A stretch of DNA of 43,748 nucleotides from an uncultured archaeon (GTDB lineage Archaea > Thermoplasmatota > Penumbrarchaeia > JASLWR01): contig CAYFHS010000038.1 of NCBI GenBank assembly GCA_964342815.1, forward strand, positions 1 to 43,748, written 5' to 3'. The notes beneath the pieces were generated by a model. It saw only the letters and a program-made list of their open reading frames with translations. It searched no databases and was not told the origin of the DNA. Shown here one piece after another: positions 38,830 through 43,748 of the stretch (its first letter is position 1; each line of letters begins with the position of its first letter). A program made the position numbers and the translations under genes.

Positions 38830-39972
38830 ATGAGTTTGATGGCAAAGGAACTCTTAAAAATGGTAAAAAAGCAATCCAAAGATACTGCAAATACTCCGGC
38901 ATCCAAACCGCAGAAGACTGCAGAAGCGCAACCGATCTCCACTGATGACGAGGAGATCAAGGATATATTTCTGCGAACGAGACCCACAATCAAGATCATC
39001 GGATGTGGCGGAGCAGGATGCAATACAATAACTCGATGTGTTGAAGAAGGCATCGTAGGAGCAGATATGTATGCGATCAACACAGATGCGCAGCATTTAT
39101 TGACGGTACACGCTCCCACAAAGATGTTGATAGGAAGGAGACAGACAAAGGGACTCGGTGCAGGTTCCAATCCCAATGTGGGAGAGGGAGCAGCAAAGGA
39201 AAACGAAGAGGAGATCCGCAATTCTCTATCTGGAGCGGATATGGTATTCATCACGGCAGGTATGGGGGGTGGGACCGGGACTGGTTCTTCTCCCGCAACC
39301 GCCCGGATATCCAAGTTCTTAGGGGCCCTAACTCTTGCAATCGTTACCACACCATTCCCAGGAGAAGGAGTGGTCCGAATGCAGAATGCGATCTGGGGCA
39401 TAAATCGGTTGAAAGAAGAAGCCGACACTGTCATTGTAGTTCCCAACTCCAAGCTATTGGAAGTTGTACCGAGGCTGCCTCTAAACGCGGCTTTCAGGGT
39501 CGCAGACGAGGTACTTATGAACTCAATCAAAGGTATTACGGAGATGGTAACCAAGGTCGGTCTGGTCAACCTGGACTTCAACGATCTCAAGACCGTCATG
39601 AAATCCGGCGGAACGGCGGTCATCGGCATGGGAACTGCCAGCGATTCTCCCAACAAGGCACGTGAAGCGGTCAACGACGCACTGAACTCCCCAATGCTTG
39701 ACATTGATGTGACCGAAGCGAACGGCGCTCTGGTATGCGTTTTCGGGGGACGGGATATGACTGTGAAGGAGGCCGAGAACGTCGCAGGCGAGATCCATGA
39801 CAGGATCGGTGAGAACGCCACTATCATCTGGGGTGCATATATCGACGAACGGCTGGAAAATAAGTTAAAGGTAATGCTCGTGCTCACCGGTGTGAAACTG
39901 AAACACAGTGATCTCACGGGTGGGGTCGCCTCCGTAAGCGGAGGAGGACTTGGTTTGGACTTCATCAAGTAA
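38830..39972 (+). CDS. ftsZ: Cell division protein FtsZ
   Basis: IIGCGGAGCN, AINTDAQHL, AGMGGGTGTG (tubulin signature), VPNSKL, VNLDFND, IIWGA. Confidence 0.97.
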   Translation: MSLMAKELLKMVKKQSKDTANTPASKPQKTAEAQPISTDDEEIKDIFLRTRPTIKIIGCGGAGCNTITRCVEEGIVGADMYAINTDAQHLLTVHAPTKMLIGRRQTKGLGAGSNPNVGEGAAKENEEEIRNSLSGADMVFITAGMGGGTGTGSSPATARISKFLGALTLAIVTTPFPGEGVVRMQNAIWGINRLKEEADTVIVVPNSKLLEVVPRLPLNAAFRVADEVLMNSIKGITEMVTKVGLVNLDFNDLKTVMKSGGTAVIGMGTASDSPNKAREAVNDALNSPMLDIDVTEANGALVCVFGGRDMTVKEAENVAGEIHDRIGENATIIWGAYIDERLENKLKVMLVLTGVKLKHSDLTGGVASVSGGGLGLDFIK

Positions 39973-40004
39973 GGGTAAAAAAGTTATCTACAGTTCCGGA
40001 TCAT

Positions 40005-40045
40005 AAGGACCTGGACGGATTGAACGCCGGGTCCTTTTTTTTTTT
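40005..40045 (+). terminator. Hairpin + T11 tract downstream of ftsZ
   Basis: AAGGACCTGG / CCGGGTCCTT stem (one G-U pair) followed by the T run at 40035-40045. Confidence 0.7.
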
Positions 40046-41945
40046 AAAAATCATCATCCTCGTGCCAGGCTTTAGTCTTTCCCTTTTGGCTGATGTAATC
40101 GAAACCGGTGTACTTCAGATCAATGACATTTTCTTCGCCGACGTTTACTCCCCGATACCTGTTTCTTTCGATGGTATCCTCAAGTTCCATAATTTCGGCT
40201 CTGTAATATTCATGTTCGAAGTAATCGGGCAGTTCCTTGGCCATGGCAATGAATTTCAAGGCCTCGTCGTAATTCCCCTGTTCCATGTGAAGATTGCTGT
40301 ATCTTATATAGATATCTATCTTCCCAGGTGTGTACTTCCCGGTTTCTTCCGGAATAAAAAAGTCCGTAACTGCGTTGTATTCCGAGGAATACCGTCCGCT
40401 TCCCGCCTGGTTGGGAGAACTCTCTTCCGCCGAATACATACCGCCACTCTCGGTTGCTTCCCTGGTTTCGAGAGAGGTCCCGCCAGTCTCATCCCTTTCC
40501 ATCGGTCTGATGTAATAAGCTCCGGGAGTTCCCCCGGGCCCGTCGTAGTTCGTTACATGGGCAAGAGCGCTGGTGGCAGGGATATCTCCAGGGGCCGCAG
40601 GATTTACAGGAACTGTTTCCATTATCTGTTGGGGAACCGATCTTGTCTCTGTTGACGGGAGCGTTACATTTATTTTTTCCCCCGAAACATGAGAGACCTG
40701 CACAGTCTCCACCGTAGGTATTTGAACGGATTGAGGATTTGTATACTGATTAACCGGTGAAGTCACACCTGCGGGCTGCGATGCCGCATTTACGTATTCC
40801 GATGGACGGTCCGATGCTTGTGTCACGCCTGCAGAATCCTGTGGGCCGGATGAAGATTTCACCTTCTGGCTATGTGGTCCATTGTCTAACGGGAGAAGAG
40901 TTGTCTGAATAATTCCATCGGGCCGTTGGAACGGAGGATTTTCTTCCATACCCGCTTCGGCAGGTATTCTGTCCACCGCAGCCCGGGGTGAAGGTTCGTC
41001 ATGAGGTATTTTTATCAACAGGTTTGAAATGATGTTGGATACATCCTCGAGATCTACTGTAACCCGGTTATCCTGAGTGCTTTCTCTTTTAATGAATTTC
41101 TTCTTCGATATCTCCAACTCATCATCGATTCTCTCGAGTATCAGATTCAAACTGGGAAGTATCTCCTTTATAAAACGTTCCGCCGATTCATATCCCCCTT
41201 CATCCAGGCAATTACGAAAACGCACGAGCAGGCCCGCAAATAGGTCCATGAAACCAAGTTCCGTATCTTTAAAGGAATTATCCCGGATATTCATGCAGAA
41301 TCCAGAGATAATGCATGATTTACAATCGGGATTGGATTTGCGACATATCTTTCGGCCATGAGATATCATGTTTACATGGAGCGAATAACGCAGCTTTTTG
41401 GGAAACATATCCGAAAGCCTAATTTGTGCTTTCTTGTGGTCAAGATTGGCGTCAATCAATCCGAGTCTCTTGCATATCCTGCGTACATGGGTGTCTGCCG
41501 GAAAAACTGCTTTTTTGAAAGAATACATCATTACACAATAGGCACTCTTGGGTCCAATGCCTTTCAGCGATGTGAGATATTCAAACACTTTTGGAGCTCC
41601 CCACCGGTATAATCGGTCAAGTGAATATTTTTTGAATCGTTTTTTGATTGTATCGAGATTATATTTTATCTGTTTTAATCTCAGATTTCCGAGCCCGGCA
41701 CTATTAATTATTCTGAATATGTCCCGATCTGATGCTTTGGCTACATCTTCCCAAGTGGGATATTCAGCCCTCAACTCATCGTAGACGGTTTCATATCCAC
41801 TTCTCCTTGTTCTTCTGGATAACAATATGAAGAATAATTCATCCAAAGGATCATCCTTGTTATTATGATCTGGAGAACCATATTCAAAATTAAGCAAGTC
41901 ATCGATTTCCTGAATATATTCTAAGACGAATGATTTGTGATTCAT
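40044..41945 (-). CDS. Chimeric ORF: Nth-like HhH-GPD glycosylase with 4Fe-4S motif (aa 1-~220), C5-MTase motif I remnant (aa 231-238), then an unrelated helical / Pro-Ser-Thr-Gln-rich / TPR-like region
   Basis: DPLDELFFILLSRRT, LTSLKGIGPKSA (HhH with Lys), FPADTHV (Asp), CRKSNPDCKSCIISGFC (Cx6Cx2Cx5C), then GFMDLFAG followed by LLVRF instead of xGG. Confidence 0.75.
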   Translation of the reverse strand: MNHKSFVLEYIQEIDDLLNFEYGSPDHNNKDDPLDELFFILLSRRTRRSGYETVYDELRAEYPTWEDVAKASDRDIFRIINSAGLGNLRLKQIKYNLDTIKKRFKKYSLDRLYRWGAPKVFEYLTSLKGIGPKSAYCVMMYSFKKAVFPADTHVRRICKRLGLIDANLDHKKAQIRLSDMFPKKLRYSLHVNMISHGRKICRKSNPDCKSCIISGFCMNIRDNSFKDTELGFMDLFAGLLVRFRNCLDEGGYESAERFIKEILPSLNLILERIDDELEISKKKFIKRESTQDNRVTVDLEDVSNIISNLLIKIPHDEPSPRAAVDRIPAEAGMEENPPFQRPDGIIQTTLLPLDNGPHSQKVKSSSGPQDSAGVTQASDRPSEYVNAASQPAGVTSPVNQYTNPQSVQIPTVETVQVSHVSGEKINVTLPSTETRSVPQQIMETVPVNPAAPGDIPATSALAHVTNYDGPGGTPGAYYIRPMERDETGGTSLETREATESGGMYSAEESSPNQAGSGRYSSEYNAVTDFFIPEETGKYTPGKIDIYIRYSNLHMEQGNYDEALKFIAMAKELPDYFEHEYYRAEIMELEDTIERNRYRGVNVGEENVIDLKYTGFDYISQKGKTKAWHEDDDF

Positions 41946-42081
41946 CGGATATTCTCCAGATACATTGTGAGAAATGGGAATAGCTGGGGGATGGATTAAT
42001 GTTACTTATTATTAACATATTTTGTTCTAAAAACACGAATATTGTTCCTTCTTTAAACACAGAAAAAAAAATGCAACGAGA

Positions 42082-42095
42082 AGTTTCATGAAACT
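42082..42095. promoter_or_regulatory. Perfect 14-bp palindrome AGTTTCATGAAACT (candidate operator)
   Basis: Lies in the divergent spacer between the Nth-like gene and the wHTH cluster. Confidence 0.45.
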
Positions 42096-42201
42096 GGGCA
42101 AGGGATTTTAGAGAGATGAAAGGGGAAGAGTGCAAAGGGATTTTCGAAGATAACATGATCAAGTGAAAGGTTTATTACAGTGTTCAATAATAGGCTTCAC
42201 G

Positions 42202-42399
42202 ATGGGACAAGCAGAAGTTCTTGAGTTTTTCAAGATACATCCCGGTGAATGGCATAGTTCGCAGGACATACGCCAGCATACCGGAAATACACTAAGTGCT
42301 GTGACGGGGGCACTCAAGAAGTTAAGAAGGCTTGATCTTGTTGAATATAAGGAAATACGAAATCCCCAAAAATCGTATCTCTATAAGTCTAAGGAGTGA
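42202..42399 (+). CDS. Small winged-helix DNA-binding protein (65 aa), paralog A
   Basis: MGQAEVLEFFKIHPGEWHSSQDIRQHTGNTLSAVTGALKKLRRLDLVEY...YLYKSKE; ATG 42202 chosen by alignment to paralog B. Confidence 0.75.
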   Translation: MGQAEVLEFFKIHPGEWHSSQDIRQHTGNTLSAVTGALKKLRRLDLVEYKEIRNPQKSYLYKSKE

Positions 42400-42405
42400 G
42401 CTTTT

Positions 42406-42603
42406 GTGGGCCAAGTTGAAGTATCGATTTTTCTGGAAAAGCATCCTGATCGATGGTACTCATCCAAGGAAATCAGTAAAGCGACAGGGATCGGTAGAGG
42501 ACCTGTTACAAATACTTTGAAGGTTTTTCGAGAAAGAGATGAGATTCATTACAGGAAGACTGGCAAACAAGGAACACCCATTCTCTATCGGTTCAAGGAA
42601 TGA
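42406..42603 (+). CDS. Small winged-helix DNA-binding protein (65 aa), paralog B
   Basis: GTG start after AGGAG; 25/65 identical to paralog A without gaps (hand alignment). Confidence 0.75.
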   Translation: MGQVEVSIFLEKHPDRWYSSKEISKATGIGRGPVTNTLKVFRERDEIHYRKTGKQGTPILYRFKE

Positions 42604-42633
42604 TGACACGAGATTAGAACGAGGATTGATGGC

Positions 42634-43748
42634 ATGGTATCAGATGAACTTTACAACGAAAACAGATGTGCCATATTCAACTACGTCATTGAAAATCCAG
42701 GCAACCATTTCGGTGCATTGGTAAGAACTCTGGACATACCCAAACAAACCGTCTTGTACCACTTAAAGCAATTGGTGAAGGAGGAATTGATTGTTTCAAA
42801 ACCCCATAAGAGACATAAATTTTACTATCCCGCAGGAACGACGGATTTCTTACTGCCCCTTACACCTGTTAGACAGAGAATCATAGATATTCTCTCAAAA
42901 AAACCTAGTAGCAGCAAGGAGATAGCTGAGTCACTCGGAATGGCTAATGGCGGAATCGATTATCAATTGAAAAAACTCGTGATAATGGGTGTCTTGAAAG
43001 AAGTGGAAAGAGATAATCAATCATTTTGGTATAGTGTGAACGAGGAGAGTGAGGGACCCAGTGTCGATGATAGTGAGTTGATGTATAAGGGGATTGAATG
43101 GAAGAAGGCATTGAATGGCCTCGATGTCAAGCACCAAGAAATCATATTCGGCTTGATTAAATGGCGTAAAAGAATTTCAAAAGGAATAACGAAAGCACAT
43201 AAAGAGGGGAATTTCAAGGCGTGGGGACGACCACCGGTGCCCTTTACAGACGAAGACATATACGATGTGTATTTACGGGAAGGTACGATAAGACAGACAA
43301 GATTGAAATTAGAATACACGACGAAATCAGGGAAGAAGAGATACGTGAGCCAGGGACGGATCGCAGAGGCGGTCAAACGCTGTCGTGAACAAGAAAATGG
43401 AAGTGTAGTAAAAAAATCCTCAATCCGGATGAATAATCAGAAGGTCCAAAAAAAGAATCAATGGGAGAACGCCAAGCGAAACAGGGCAAGGCTGTTAAGC
43501 TTCATCACTAATAATCCGGGGATACATTGCCGAGAAATTGGCCGCCGGCTCAAGTTATCTATCCGTCAGATGAGAAATGCTATACTTAGTCTTGAAAACG
43601 AGAATAAAGTATTCTCCGAACATAATGGACGTCATAAAAGATACTTCCCCATATCCATGAAGGAAAAATGGAAACCCATGTCAATAAATGCTAAGATGCG
43701 AGAGACTGCGGATATCATCAAAAAGAATCCTGGAATTTCCAGCCAAGA
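42634..43748 (+). CDS. Multi-HTH protein: two COG3398-like double-wHTH units flanking a resolvase-arm/HTH-like module; 3'-partial, not in ORF track
   Basis: Hand translation, open from ATG 42634 to the edge (371 codons): NRCAIFNYVIENPGNHF...YHLKQL...KFYYPAG; RQRIIDILSKKPSSSKEIAESLG; RISKGITKAHKEG...WGRPP; NRARLLSFITNNPGIHCREIGRRL...KRYFP; ETADIIKKNPGISSQ. Confidence 0.75.
   Translation, partial: MVSDELYNENRCAIFNYVIENPGNHFGALVRTLDIPKQTVLYHLKQLVKEELIVSKPHKRHKFYYPAGTTDFLLPLTPVRQRIIDILSKKPSSSKEIAESLGMANGGIDYQLKKLVIMGVLKEVERDNQSFWYSVNEESEGPSVDDSELMYKGIEWKKALNGLDVKHQEIIFGLIKWRKRISKGITKAHKEGNFKAWGRPPVPFTDEDIYDVYLREGTIRQTRLKLEYTTKSGKKRYVSQGRIAEAVKRCREQENGSVVKKSSIRMNNQKVQKKNQWENAKRNRARLLSFITNNPGIHCREIGRRLKLSIRQMRNAILSLENENKVFSEHNGRHKRYFPISMKEKWKPMSINAKMRETADIIKKNPGISSQ

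Larger units (their letters stand above)
41232..43748. mobile_element. Candidate edge of an integrated element or accessory island (no integrase seen in window)
   Basis: Broken Nth-MTase fusion at 41232, generally lower GC, cluster of wHTH genes and a resolvase-like DNA-binding module; inference only. Confidence 0.4.

Noticed and set aside
38805-39968. 387-aa minus-strand ORF fully overlapping ftsZ
   Set aside because: Codon-register antisense shadow of a conserved gene; no recognisable domain or SD.
40020-40655. 211-aa plus-strand ORF after ftsZ
   Set aside because: Starts inside the terminator hairpin and is antisense to the 40044 ORF.

Overview
Archaeal chromosomal window, most consistent with Thermoplasmatota; this is inferred from the r-protein operon containing SUI1, rnp1, rps4e, rpl32e and rpl19e, the archaeal SecY and GGTGA/GGAGG Shine-Dalgarno sites. 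Left half (1-23.9 kb): amino-acid catabolism genes (split AASS-like LKR + saccharopine dehydrogenase, tdh-kbl, DDC-type aromatic amino-acid decarboxylase), enolase, and a K+-dependent membrane pyrophosphatase fused to an unexpected secreted ~190-aa N-terminal domain. These are interleaved with four large cell-surface proteins; one runs off the left edge and is missing from the ORF track. Middle (24.0-38.4 kb): the complete rpl3-to-secY operon on the minus strand, including an untracked rps14, several r-proteins with long charged extensions and a ~245-nt leader, followed by ftsZ. Right end (40.0-43.7 kb): an apparently chimeric ORF in which an Nth-like glycosylase runs into C5-methyltransferase motif I (FMDLFAG), breaks off there and continues in frame into unrelated sequence. 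Divergent from it is a dense cluster of winged-helix genes, the last one untracked and running off the edge, which suggests the edge of an integrated element or a misassembly. No tRNA, rRNA, CRISPR array or transposase was recognised. All family calls come from motif recognition by eye, not from database searches.
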